Shown here: piece after piece, positions 28,470 to 37,487 of the stretch | Position numbering within the stretch: the first letter of the stretch is position 1 | How the letters are laid out: every line of letters starts with the position of its first letter | Origin: a bacterium | Lineage (GTDB): Bacteria; Patescibacteriota; Minisyncoccia; Phycocordibacterales; UBA2100 | Length of the DNA: 64,000 bases | Assembly (NCBI GenBank): GCA_016789445.1 | Contig: JAEUQT010000001.1 | Location: 1,308 to 65,307 of the forward strand | Reading direction: 5' to 3' | Notes under the pieces: model-generated | Databases searched by the model: none | What the model saw: the letters and a program-made list of their open reading frames with translations, nothing else | Told to the model about the DNA's origin: nothing | Program-made: the position numbers and the translations under genes

Positions 28470-29603
28470 ATGGCTACAGCTACTAAGGCTGCCGAGGTCG
28501 AAGTCCTCGACAGCGAAAAAGAGGAAGCGGTGCAGGTCCCGACGGGGCCGATGGCAGAGTTCCTCGAATCGACACCGAAGCGTCCGATGAACGACGATGT
28601 CGTCGAAGGTCCGGTCATCGCGATCGGCCGCGCACGCGTCTTCGTCGACCTCCACCCGTTCGGTACGGGTATCATCTACGGCCGCGAATACCTCTCAGCT
28701 CGCGAGGCTCTTAAGAACACCAACGTCGGCGATACCATCACCGCGAAGGTCGTCGGCATCGAGAAGAAGGAAGGCTACATCGAGCTCTCGCTCCGCGAGG
28801 CTCGCCAGGCGCTCATCTGGGGCGAGGCGGAGCAGGCGATGCAGAAGAAGACCGTCTTCCAGCTTCCGGTCACCGACGCCAACAAGGGCGGCCTCATCAT
28901 CAACTGGCAGGGCATCCAGGGCTTCCTCCCGGCATCGCAACTCGCACCGGCACACTATCCGCGCGTTCCGGATGGCGACAAGGAGAAGATCTTCGGCGAA
29001 CTGAAGAAGCTCGTCGGCACCAATCTCGAACTCCTCGTCATCACCGCGAATCCGAAGGAGCAGAAGCTCATCTTCTCCGAGAAGGGTGCAGGCTCGTCTG
29101 AGCGCTCATCGCTCGTCGAGAAGTACCATGTCGGCGATGCAGTCGAAGGCGTTGTCACCGGCGCTACGGAATTCGGCGTCTTCGTGAAGCTCGAGGAAGG
29201 TCTCGAAGGCCTCGTCCACATCTCTGAGATGGACTGGGCGCTCGTCGAGAACCCGAAGAGCCGCTACAAGGTAGGAGAGAGCGTGAAGGTGAAGGTCATC
29301 GAGATCAAGGACGACAAGGTCTCCCTCTCGATCAAGGCTCTCAAGGACGATCCATGGAAGGCAGCTGCCGCGAAGTACAAGAAGGACCAGAAGGTGGAAG
29401 CCGTGGTCATCAAGTACAACAAGCACGGCGCGCTCGCATCCATCGAGGAAGGTGTCGCAGGTCTCGTTCACATCAGCGAGTTCAAGGATGAGAACGATCT
29501 CCGCGCATCGCTCGAGCTCGGCAAGGTCTACCCGTTCGTCATCAAGCTCTTCGAGCCGAAGGAACGCCGTATGACGCTTTCGTTTGCTGGTGAGAAGCGA
29601 TAA
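28470..29603 (+). CDS. rpsA: 30S ribosomal protein S1 (four S1 domains)
   Basis: Repeated S1-fold motifs (GxV, ...GLVHISE...) four times. 377 aa. Confidence 0.85.
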   Translation: MATATKAAEVEVLDSEKEEAVQVPTGPMAEFLESTPKRPMNDDVVEGPVIAIGRARVFVDLHPFGTGIIYGREYLSAREALKNTNVGDTITAKVVGIEKKEGYIELSLREARQALIWGEAEQAMQKKTVFQLPVTDANKGGLIINWQGIQGFLPASQLAPAHYPRVPDGDKEKIFGELKKLVGTNLELLVITANPKEQKLIFSEKGAGSSERSSLVEKYHVGDAVEGVVTGATEFGVFVKLEEGLEGLVHISEMDWALVENPKSRYKVGESVKVKVIEIKDDKVSLSIKALKDDPWKAAAAKYKKDQKVEAVVIKYNKHGALASIEEGVAGLVHISEFKDENDLRASLELGKVYPFVIKLFEPKERRMTLSFAGEKR

Positions 29604-29619
29604 TAGTTGAGCTTCGCAA

Positions 29620-29683
29620 GGCCGGAGGCGCTTGGCGCCGAGGCGGGGTCGCGCAAAATCGCAGTAGCGATTTATGCGTGACA
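29620..29683 (+). repeat. Type-A structured repeat (minimal module) after rpsA
   Basis: GGCCGGAGGCGCttgGCGCCGAGGCGGGGTCGCGCAAAATCGCagtaGCGATTTATGCGTGAC. Confidence 0.75.
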
Positions 29684-29820
29684 TCAGTAATCCCAACCGG
29701 CAATTCAAATGCGCCCCAGAGAGGGGCGCATTTGACATATGTGTAAACGCATGTTAAAGAGAATCCTCCTCAAACGTGCTCCACGTGAAAGGCTTTAGAT
29801 ACGTTTACGTCAATCCAGGT

Positions 29821-30102
29821 ATGAAGACTATGAAAGAATTCGCGCAGGAATTCCTGAACGCATCCGACCGCGAGACGGCACTCACCTTCGTGAGCCTCCT
29901 TGCTGCTGCGTATGCATGGATCGTCGCTGAGGAACTCTTTCTCGGCATCGCCATGGGCCTCGCCATGCACGCCATCCAGGTAGTCGCCTACGAATATCTC
30001 GCAGAGCGCAACGGATGGAAGACCCTCGAAGTCACCAAGGCATTCCGTACCCATGCGCTTCCCCGCCTTCGCCACATCCTCGCCAAGGTCCAGCGCGCCT
30101 AA
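29821..30102 (+). CDS. Hypothetical protein
   Basis: 93-aa ORF followed by a terminator. Confidence 0.4.
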   Translation: MKTMKEFAQEFLNASDRETALTFVSLLAAAYAWIVAEELFLGIAMGLAMHAIQVVAYEYLAERNGWKTLEVTKAFRTHALPRLRHILAKVQRA

Positions 30103-30103
30103 C

Positions 30104-30132
30104 GAAAAATCCCGCCTCTCGGCGGGATTTTT
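30104..30132 (+). terminator. Rho-independent terminator
   Basis: AAAAATCCCGCCTCTCGGCGGGATTTTTT. Confidence 0.8.
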
Positions 30133-30145
30133 TGCCTTACCTTTC

Positions 30146-31867
30146 TTAATTTGCCACTCCAGGAGAAGGAGTTTCGTCGTCGATCCAATCAGCTGCCGTT
30201 CCTGTATCAACAGTAAGATTTGAACGCACGAGCGAATGTCCCGGCAATACATCTACCGCTCCATTGCCTGAAACGAACCCATCGGTATTTGCTCCCCATG
30301 AGAGGGAGTCGACCGTAGTTGTCGCTGCATCCCGCAAGAAGAGCGATTCGCTGGAATTGTTAAGGCCGCTACCGAGCGCACTCTCGAAGGCAACAACCTG
30401 CGTACCGCCAGGAATATTCCAGAAACTACTGAAGGTTGTCGATGCGTTCGTTAGAAGAATGAATCCGCCTGCAGCAATCGTCGTTCCTGCTGGGATACGA
30501 TCGAAATTCGTCGTTGCATCCTTAATCGTCCAATTAGAGAGATCGACTATTGAATTCGTCGGATTATACAGCTCGATCCATTCGTTAGCCGTATCTGCTC
30601 CATGTGATACATCAGGCTGGTCATACACTTCACTAATAATGATGTGATCAAGACTTGGCTCCGGCTCAGCTTCCGGCACGAAATTCACCGTCACACTGTC
30701 CGTCGATGTGCCCGCTTCATTGCTGCACTCAAGTGAGTACGTAGTTGTCGCGTTCGGTTCGACGATCTGATTTCCATTTAATGCCTTTGCGCCACTCCAA
30801 CCTCCGGTTGCAAGACATTGATCCGCATCAGTCGTCGTCCATGTAAGAGTGGAAGTCGCGCTACCTGCACCCGGCGTCACACTGGTCGGGTTCGCGCTGA
30901 TGGAAACATCCGGAGCGTCCTGCGCTTCGTTCACGGTAACCGTCACCGAATCCTGTGCCGTTCCACCGGGTCCGGTGCATTCGATCGCATAGGTTGTCGT
31001 TACCGTCGGCGAGACATCCGCCGTGCCATCAAGGTCCTTCGAGCCGCTCCATCCATTCGACGCCGTGCAGCTCGTCGCATTCTCCGAGTTCCACGTAAGT
31101 TCCGAGGAACCGCCTTCGGTGATGGTCGTCGGATCAGCACTGATATCCACGCTCACGCTCGGTTGCGCGACGACATTCACCGTCACACTCTCGGTCGACG
31201 TGCTGACGCCATTACCGCATGCAAGCGTGTACGTCGTTGTCGCATTCACCGTCACGACCTGGGAACCATCAAGCGATTTCGTACCGCTCCAACCATTCGA
31301 TGCAACACACGCCGTCGCATTCGTTGAATCCCAGCTCAGCGTGGAAGTACCACCCGCGGTTACGTTCGTCGGATTCGCATCGAAATCGAGAGTCGGTGTC
31401 GGAAGCGGTTCTTCCTCATCAACGGAAACCGTTACCGACTTAGATACGCTTCCTCCTGCGCCTGAGCAGTTGAGCGTATATGTCGTATCTTCGTCCGGCG
31501 AAACACTCTGAGAGCCCGACGTATTCTTGCCACCACTCCATCCGCCCGATGCGGTACAGCTGGTCGCATTCGTCGTACTCCACGAGAGCGTCGAGCTCTC
31601 TCCCTCGCCTATTTCAGCAGGGTTCGCCGTAAAGGTAAGTGTCGGTTTCGGTGTCGGATTCGGCGCATCCTCGCAGAGCGATGGATTGATAAGCGCGCGG
31701 GCAAGACGGCCCGCAAGACGATCCTGACGATCGCACAATCGCTTCTTCACCTGATCAGTGAGCGATGCCGCATCCGCTGCACCCGGCAGCATGAATGCGA
31801 ACGAAGCGATAAGAAGGAGAACACTGATAATCTGACCTGACCGCAGTACGTGCCCGTTATTCCCCAT
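30146..31867 (-). CDS. Secreted protein with five tandem ~90-aa Ig-like repeats and a C-terminal lamin-tail-domain-like module
   Basis: Signal peptide. Repeats of the form L(T/S)F(T/D)ANP..(G/E)G.S.L.W.(S/T)(T/E)NAT.C(T/V)ASGGWSG.K...GSQ.V.P...TTY.L.C.G.GG. C-terminus IISEVYDQP...NEWIELYNPT...DLSNWTI...LRD resembles the LTD signature. Confidence 0.75.
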   Translation of the reverse strand: MGNNGHVLRSGQIISVLLLIASFAFMLPGAADAASLTDQVKKRLCDRQDRLAGRLARALINPSLCEDAPNPTPKPTLTFTANPAEIGEGESSTLSWSTTNATSCTASGGWSGGKNTSGSQSVSPDEDTTYTLNCSGAGGSVSKSVTVSVDEEEPLPTPTLDFDANPTNVTAGGTSTLSWDSTNATACVASNGWSGTKSLDGSQVVTVNATTTYTLACGNGVSTSTESVTVNVVAQPSVSVDISADPTTITEGGSSELTWNSENATSCTASNGWSGSKDLDGTADVSPTVTTTYAIECTGPGGTAQDSVTVTVNEAQDAPDVSISANPTSVTPGAGSATSTLTWTTTDADQCLATGGWSGAKALNGNQIVEPNATTTYSLECSNEAGTSTDSVTVNFVPEAEPEPSLDHIIISEVYDQPDVSHGADTANEWIELYNPTNSIVDLSNWTIKDATTNFDRIPAGTTIAAGGFILLTNASTTFSSFWNIPGGTQVVAFESALGSGLNNSSESLFLRDAATTTVDSLSWGANTDGFVSGNGAVDVLPGHSLVRSNLTVDTGTAADWIDDETPSPGVAN

Positions 31868-31985
31868 AACGTTTTCAGTTACGCACGATCCCCCGCTCGT
31901 GCGGTCCGGATAAATAGGTATGCGTACTATACTCCCGCACTACCGCTGAAGCGCAGATGAAGAGGTGCGCATGTGCATAACCGCA

Positions 31986-32103
31986 TCGGGATATTTTTCG
32001 TTTGCATTCCGAGGGTTTTCGCAGGCCCGACGGGGCCGAGACTGAGCGCTGCGCCAGCAGGCGCAGATAGCGACCCGAGGGAGGCAAGCGGAAAATATCC
32101 CGA
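31986..32103. repeat. Type-C MITE-like structured repeat with terminal inverted repeats
   Basis: Termini CGGGATATTTTTCG ... GCGGAAAATATCCCG. Core TTCGCAGGCCCGACGGGGCCGAGACTGAGCGCTGCGCCagcagGCGCAGATAGCGACC. Paralog at 54226-54326. Confidence 0.75.
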
Positions 32104-32106
32104 AGA

Positions 32107-32712
32107 TTAGTTGAACTTATTCATCGCGATCTCGCGTCCGTCGCTGACGATCAGCTCCAACGCCTCCCCTGCTTTCTTGAAAACGCTCTTCAGCGCCTGC
32201 ATTTCATCCGCCTTGAACTCGCCGAGGATGAATTTCTCCACTTCAGCCTCTCCCTGCGGCTTCTTCGCGACGCCATCCTTGTTCTCCTTTGAGATTCCGA
32301 GACGTATTCGTACGAATCGCTTCGTCTTCACGGCAGCAGCGATCGAATCGATCCCTTTATGTCCTCCGGAACCGCGATCGAAGGAGATTTTTATCGTTCC
32401 GAGCGGTAGATCGAGATCGTCATAGACGACAACGAGCTTCTCGGCGGCTTTCACGCTCTTTATATAGTGCAGAGCGGCGAGTCCGCTCTTATTCATATAG
32501 GTATTCGGCAGGACCGCGACCGCGATACTCTTACCGATCATGCCGCGCGCGATGAATGATCTCGCACGTGACTCCTCTTTCCACTCGGAGAAGCCGTGTT
32601 TCTCGGCGAATTTCTGCACCATCATGCGTCCGGCGTTATGCCGCGTACGCGCGTACTCTTCGTCGGGGTTTCCTAAGCCGATAACGACCCATGTCATGCG
32701 CATATCGTACAT
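32107..32712 (-). CDS. pth: Peptidyl-tRNA hydrolase
   Basis: VVIGLGNPDEEYARTRHNAG... Confidence 0.9.
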   Translation of the reverse strand: MYDMRMTWVVIGLGNPDEEYARTRHNAGRMMVQKFAEKHGFSEWKEESRARSFIARGMIGKSIAVAVLPNTYMNKSGLAALHYIKSVKAAEKLVVVYDDLDLPLGTIKISFDRGSGGHKGIDSIAAAVKTKRFVRIRLGISKENKDGVAKKPQGEAEVEKFILGEFKADEMQALKSVFKKAGEALELIVSDGREIAMNKFN

Positions 32713-32837
32713 GAAAGAAGAAGAAGTGAGAAAACTTTTTGCACATCGCGCGAAAAAAATTCAAAAAAGCAAAAAAATCCACACGCGACACTCGATTCGC
32801 TTTGTGTCAATGCATTCAATGAAGTATACTTGCGCGC

Positions 32838-33515
32838 ATGAATGATCCAGTGATGCAGGGAAACACATCACCGGAGATCCGAAGCAAGAACGAATCATCA
32901 CCAGGAGCATTTGCGACCTACGTGATGATCGCTCTCGGCCTCGCGCTCTTCATCCGCTTCTTTATCGCAGCGCCGTATGTCGTTTCGGGCGCTTCGATGG
33001 AACCCACCTTTGATAATTGGGACTATCTCATCACCGACCGCCTCTCGTATCGCCTCAGCGATCCGCAGCGCGGCGATGTCGTCGTCTTCTGCCTCCCCGG
33101 AAGCGGCGAATGCTCGCTTATAGAACGTCTCAAGAACCGCGAATTGCAGGCACCGCGCACGCTCATCAAGCGCGTGATCGGTCTTCCGGGAGAAACGGTC
33201 TCCGTTTCCGAAGAAGGCGTACGTATCTCGAGCGCAGAGAACCCTGAAGGCTTCCTTCTCGACGAACCATACCTCTCTCCGAGCAATCTCGGCGGTCCAT
33301 CCGGCATGGAATTGAAGCTCGATACCGATGAATACTTCGTCATGGGAGACAACCGCCGCGTCTCATCTGATTCCCGCATCTGGGGAGTACTGCCGAAGGA
33401 GGACATCCTCGGTCACGTGCTCGTCCGTCTCTTCCCGGTCTCATCCGTCGGCGTGTTGCCGGGGGACGCGGACTATCCTTCTCAAGATTCTGGCGCAGAG
33501 GATTCGGGGCAATAA
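32838..33515 (+). CDS. lepB: Signal peptidase I
   Basis: TM anchor, catalytic VSGASMEPTF, box GDVVVF, C-terminal GDNRRVSSDSRIWG. Confidence 0.9.
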   Translation: MNDPVMQGNTSPEIRSKNESSPGAFATYVMIALGLALFIRFFIAAPYVVSGASMEPTFDNWDYLITDRLSYRLSDPQRGDVVVFCLPGSGECSLIERLKNRELQAPRTLIKRVIGLPGETVSVSEEGVRISSAENPEGFLLDEPYLSPSNLGGPSGMELKLDTDEYFVMGDNRRVSSDSRIWGVLPKEDILGHVLVRLFPVSSVGVLPGDADYPSQDSGAEDSGQ

Positions 33516-33518
33516 CCC

Positions 33519-34697
33519 ATGATCCAACTCAAACACACACGACACCAATCTACCGCAGCACTCGTCGAGCGTGCGATACGCACCGCCGAGTATTACGGCT
33601 TCACGTCGCTTGATGCGCGCCTCACCAAGGGTAGGAATTCGCTGCCGCAACAGAAGACCGACACCCTTCAGATTGCACGTAAGGACGAGAAGATGCTTCT
33701 GCAGAGCGCGAAGCTCTCCTTGAGCGCTAATCGTCAGCAGGGTGAGATCCCGCTCTACTGGCGCGTCGTAAAGAATCAGCCGGGAACTCGCGGACCGGTT
33801 GCGTCTCTTACCTTCGAACTCCATGTCGTCGGTGCTCCGGCTGCAATCGCCGAAGCGCTTCTCATCACCGTCGTGAATGCGGTCGCCGATGAAGCAGGCA
33901 TCGCCAACCGCGCGCTTTCCATCAACTCGATCGGCTCCATCGAATCGTCGAATCGCTTCGTGCGCGACGTGGGCCACTTCCTCCGCAAGCATATCGATAG
34001 CATCGCACCGGCGCTCCGACCGCGCGCAGCGCAGGATCCACTCGGCACGCTCATCCAATTGTTCGAGAAAGGTCATCCGGCCATGCCGCGCTCGCCGCAG
34101 AGCGTCGAATATCTCACCGAAGAAGAACGTCGTCGCTTCTGGGATCTTCTTGAATACCTCGAGATGTCCGACATCCCGTACGAATTGCATGCGGGAGTCC
34201 TCGGCAGCCGCGATTTCTGGGCACACACGTTGTTCGAAGTGTCCGCCCAGGATCCGGAAACGAATTCACGTGTCGTCTTTGCAAGCGGCGGTCGGTACGA
34301 TCCGCTCGCCACGCGCCTCATGGGCCATCCGGCTACCGCGGCAGTCGCAACCATCACCTGCGAGATCCGCGGCAAGAGCGCGGTCCCCGCGGTACGCAAG
34401 ACAGCGCCCGCGCTCTACTTCGCCCACCTCGGCGCCGAAGCGCGCCGCCGCGCGCTCCCCATCCTCGAAGCGTTGCGCCGCGAAGGCATCGCCGTCGAGC
34501 AATCACTCATGTATGACCGATTGCAGGAACAGATGGATCGCGCCAAGAGCATGAAGGTCTCGCACCTCCTCATCATGGGCCACAAGGAAGCGATGGAGGG
34601 CACCGTCCTCGTCCGCGAAGTCGCGACCAACAGCCAGGAAGCCATTTTGATTCCGGACCTCCCGAGTTATCTTCGTCGTCAGAAAGTGCGAGTATAG
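33519..34697 (+). CDS. Histidyl-tRNA synthetase-like protein (class II core with degenerate motif 2 and histidine-binding residues; anticodon-binding domain present)
   Basis: LSINSIGSIES... aligns with HisRS LELNSIGSLEA; GGRYD motif 3 region; C-terminal HLLIMGHKEAMEGTVLVREV resembles the HisRS anticodon-binding domain. Catalytic arginines and the GLDYY box are not conserved. Confidence 0.55.
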   Translation: MIQLKHTRHQSTAALVERAIRTAEYYGFTSLDARLTKGRNSLPQQKTDTLQIARKDEKMLLQSAKLSLSANRQQGEIPLYWRVVKNQPGTRGPVASLTFELHVVGAPAAIAEALLITVVNAVADEAGIANRALSINSIGSIESSNRFVRDVGHFLRKHIDSIAPALRPRAAQDPLGTLIQLFEKGHPAMPRSPQSVEYLTEEERRRFWDLLEYLEMSDIPYELHAGVLGSRDFWAHTLFEVSAQDPETNSRVVFASGGRYDPLATRLMGHPATAAVATITCEIRGKSAVPAVRKTAPALYFAHLGAEARRRALPILEALRREGIAVEQSLMYDRLQEQMDRAKSMKVSHLLIMGHKEAMEGTVLVREVATNSQEAILIPDLPSYLRRQKVRV

Positions 34698-34746
34698 AAA
34701 ACACCCGACGAGGTTTTCGTCGGGTGTCTATATTGAAGATAAGAGG

Positions 34747-35184
34747 CTAATGCATCGTCAGGGCGGACAACGCGGTGTGCATGATGACCACCGATACCCA
34801 TCCGAGCATGCCGGCGGTAATCATTGTTCGGCATGCTACTGAGTACCTGTCCTCCATGGCTATAAACACATAACCAAGGAACATGGTCACACTGGAAATC
34901 GCTACAAGGACGGTCTGGCCAGTCTTATCGAGCACGATAAAGCGCCAGCACACTAATCCTATTGCAAGCATAGCGAGACCCTTGAGAGCGGAACGAATAT
35001 TCCGATCCCTCCCCCTACGCAGCCAGCCTTCCTGCCTCGCTTTCTCGAACCACGACGGCCACATGCCCCAACTCTCGTCGTATGTCCCAGGCTTAAGTTG
35101 CCTGCTGAACATGACCACTTTCTGCGAAGCAGTGAGAAAGAGCGTTGCCCCGAAAAGAGCGAGAATAAAACCGAGAGTTGCCAT
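34747..35184 (-). CDS. Hypothetical integral membrane protein
   Basis: 145 aa with about four predicted TM helices. Confidence 0.5.
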   Translation of the reverse strand: MATLGFILALFGATLFLTASQKVVMFSRQLKPGTYDESWGMWPSWFEKARQEGWLRRGRDRNIRSALKGLAMLAIGLVCWRFIVLDKTGQTVLVAISSVTMFLGYVFIAMEDRYSVACRTMITAGMLGWVSVVIMHTALSALTMH

Positions 35185-35306
35185 CTGGATCTCCTATTCC
35201 CTGATTCGGTTTCTATATTAAATTATAGTACAAATATAAATAAAGTCAATATCCCCGTTTTAGCTCTATTGCGCCCCTCTATACCCCGTGGTAGTATCCC
35301 CAGCAC

Positions 35307-35648
35307 ATGATAAACGCAGAAGTACAGAAGACCGGTGCCGAGAGCGCCCTTTCGGTCATCCGAAAGTTCTCCCGCCGCGTCCAGGGTACGGGCCTCATCC
35401 AGACCGTCCGCAAGCGCCGTTACTACGAGCGCGATATGTCCAAGACCGTTTCCAAGAAGCGCGCACTCAAGCGTATCCAGCGTCACCAGAGTCGCCAGGA
35501 ACTCATCAAGGAGGGCAAGCTCGTCGAAGAAGTCCGCCGCGGCCGTCGTCCGGCGACCGGCTCGATGAGCCGCGAGAATGCTCAGGCTCCGGCACCTGCA
35601 GCCGGCCGCTCGTCCGGGTTGGGCGAAAACACCCCGATCGCACGTTAG
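35307..35648 (+). CDS. rpsU: 30S ribosomal protein S21 with C-terminal extension
   Basis: ALSVIRKFSRRVQGTGLIQTVRKRRYYERDMSK...KRALKRIQRH pattern of bS21. Confidence 0.65.
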   Translation: MINAEVQKTGAESALSVIRKFSRRVQGTGLIQTVRKRRYYERDMSKTVSKKRALKRIQRHQSRQELIKEGKLVEEVRRGRRPATGSMSRENAQAPAPAAGRSSGLGENTPIAR

Positions 35649-35777
35649 GCCGTGTGTATAAGCCTCATCTGCATCGTTGCGGGGCCCCTACAATTTCCTC
35701 ATCGTACCTAAAAGTACGACTCGAAAATTGTCTTCCCCGCGTCTCACATCTGAAGCTTCTCCACACCGCCTAATTTC

Positions 35778-36179
35778 ATGAGCCAATCTCCCCATATCGA
35801 TATCAAACGCACGGTACGTGATTCCGTGCGACTTCCATTTGAAGCCATGGCCAAGGTCATCCTCCCCGCCGGTTACCAGCTTTCCCTCGTCATCTGCGGC
35901 GACGATCTCGCGCAGCGCATGAACGCCACCTACCGCAAGAAAACCTACAAGCCGAACGTCCTTTCCTTCCCTATTTCGAAATATGAAGGCGAGATCTTCC
36001 TCAATGTCCGCAAAGCCGAGCGCGAAGCGCGTGCCATGAAGGTCTCCCGCGACTGGCGCTTGGCCCACCTCTTCATCCACGGCTGCGCACACCTCACCGG
36101 CCACGACCATAGCGACAAGATGGATGCTTTGGAGACCAAGGTCCTGAAAAAGTTCGGTTTCAAGGGGATTCCACAGTAA
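35778..36179 (+). CDS. ybeY: rRNA maturation endoribonuclease YbeY
   Basis: H-x-x-x-H-x-x-x-x-x-H motif in LFIHGCAHLTGHDHSD. Confidence 0.85.
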   Translation: MSQSPHIDIKRTVRDSVRLPFEAMAKVILPAGYQLSLVICGDDLAQRMNATYRKKTYKPNVLSFPISKYEGEIFLNVRKAEREARAMKVSRDWRLAHLFIHGCAHLTGHDHSDKMDALETKVLKKFGFKGIPQ

Positions 36180-36232
36180 TCCGAGCAACAAAGCCATAAA
36201 AATGAGGCAGTCATGCGCTACAATGTGCTGAC

Positions 36233-37402
36233 ATGCAGAAGTTCTATGCGGGAATCGATGTCGGCACGCACTACATAAAAGTAGTGGTTGCTACACCGCC
36301 CGAGAACAGCGACGCGCCGATGCAGATCCTCGCCACCGCGACCTCACCTTCAAAGGGGGTCCGGCACGGCTACATCGTGGATCAGAAAGAAGCGACGCGT
36401 GCGATCTACGACGCGGTGCAACGCGCGTCCCAAGCAGCGCGCATCCCGATCAAACACGCACGTGTCGCCATGGGCGGCATCTCGCTTGAAGAGGTGCGCT
36501 CAAGCGCCGACATCACACTCACCGCATCAGGTGGCGTCGTCAAGCCGCATGAAATGGAACGCGTGCTCGCTGAGAGCGAGAAGCGCGCATCGTCACGTCT
36601 TTCCAATCGCACCGTCGTCCACGTCATCCCCCTCGAATATCGTCTTGATGGGATTCCCGTGCAGGGACGCCCGCTTGGTCTGCAGGGCACGAAACTTTCC
36701 GCCGACACGCTGCTCATCACGATGCTCGCGCAGCATCACGACGATCTCATCGAAGCAGTCGAAGCCGCCGGCGTCGAAGTAGAAGGCATCATGGCCTCTC
36801 CGCTTGCGGCGAGTTTAGTGACGCTCACCAAAGCACAGAAGACCGCCGGCGTCGTCCTCGCGAACATCGGTGCGGAAACACTTTCGATCGTCGTCTTCGA
36901 CGAAGACACGCCGATCTCCCTCAAAGTTTTTCCCACGGGCTCATCAGAAATCACCGACGCGCTCGCACTCTCCTTCCAGCTCCCGCTCTCCGAGGCTGAG
37001 CAATTGAAACGTGGCGCGATCACCGGCAGTACGGTTTCTCCGTCAAAGGCCGCGACGGTCACCAATGCACAATTGAAGAAGATGTTCGCGCTCATCAGCA
37101 CGCACCTGAAGGCGATCAAACGCGATCGCCTGCTTCCCGCAGGCATCGTACTCACCGGCGGCGGTGCAAGCCTTACTGCAGCAGCTGATGTCGCGAAGAC
37201 GGCGCTCAAACTCCCGTCCCAGATCGGTCTCCCCGTCATGTCCGCACGCGTCTCTAGCCTCGATGCGACGTGGGCAGTCTCGCTGGGTCTTTGTCGCTGG
37301 GGTTTCGCGGAAGATCGCATCGGCCGCCATCATCAATTGGGCGATATCGTCGAACGCATGCTCGACGCCGTGAAGAACGCGTTCCGCTCGCTCCTACCGT
37401 AG
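36233..37402 (+). CDS. ftsA: Cell division protein FtsA-like (actin-fold ATPase)
   Basis: N-terminal FYAGIDVGTHYIKVVV phosphate-1 motif, 389 aa, immediately upstream of ftsZ. Confidence 0.8.
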   Translation: MQKFYAGIDVGTHYIKVVVATPPENSDAPMQILATATSPSKGVRHGYIVDQKEATRAIYDAVQRASQAARIPIKHARVAMGGISLEEVRSSADITLTASGGVVKPHEMERVLAESEKRASSRLSNRTVVHVIPLEYRLDGIPVQGRPLGLQGTKLSADTLLITMLAQHHDDLIEAVEAAGVEVEGIMASPLAASLVTLTKAQKTAGVVLANIGAETLSIVVFDEDTPISLKVFPTGSSEITDALALSFQLPLSEAEQLKRGAITGSTVSPSKAATVTNAQLKKMFALISTHLKAIKRDRLLPAGIVLTGGGASLTAAADVAKTALKLPSQIGLPVMSARVSSLDATWAVSLGLCRWGFAEDRIGRHHQLGDIVERMLDAVKNAFRSLLP

Positions 37403-37487
37403 TCCCGCATATGGCTCTGTTAAGCCGTGAAAGACGACTCGAAATCATGCACGCGTCAAGGATTACAAGAAATCCTCGTGTGCTATC

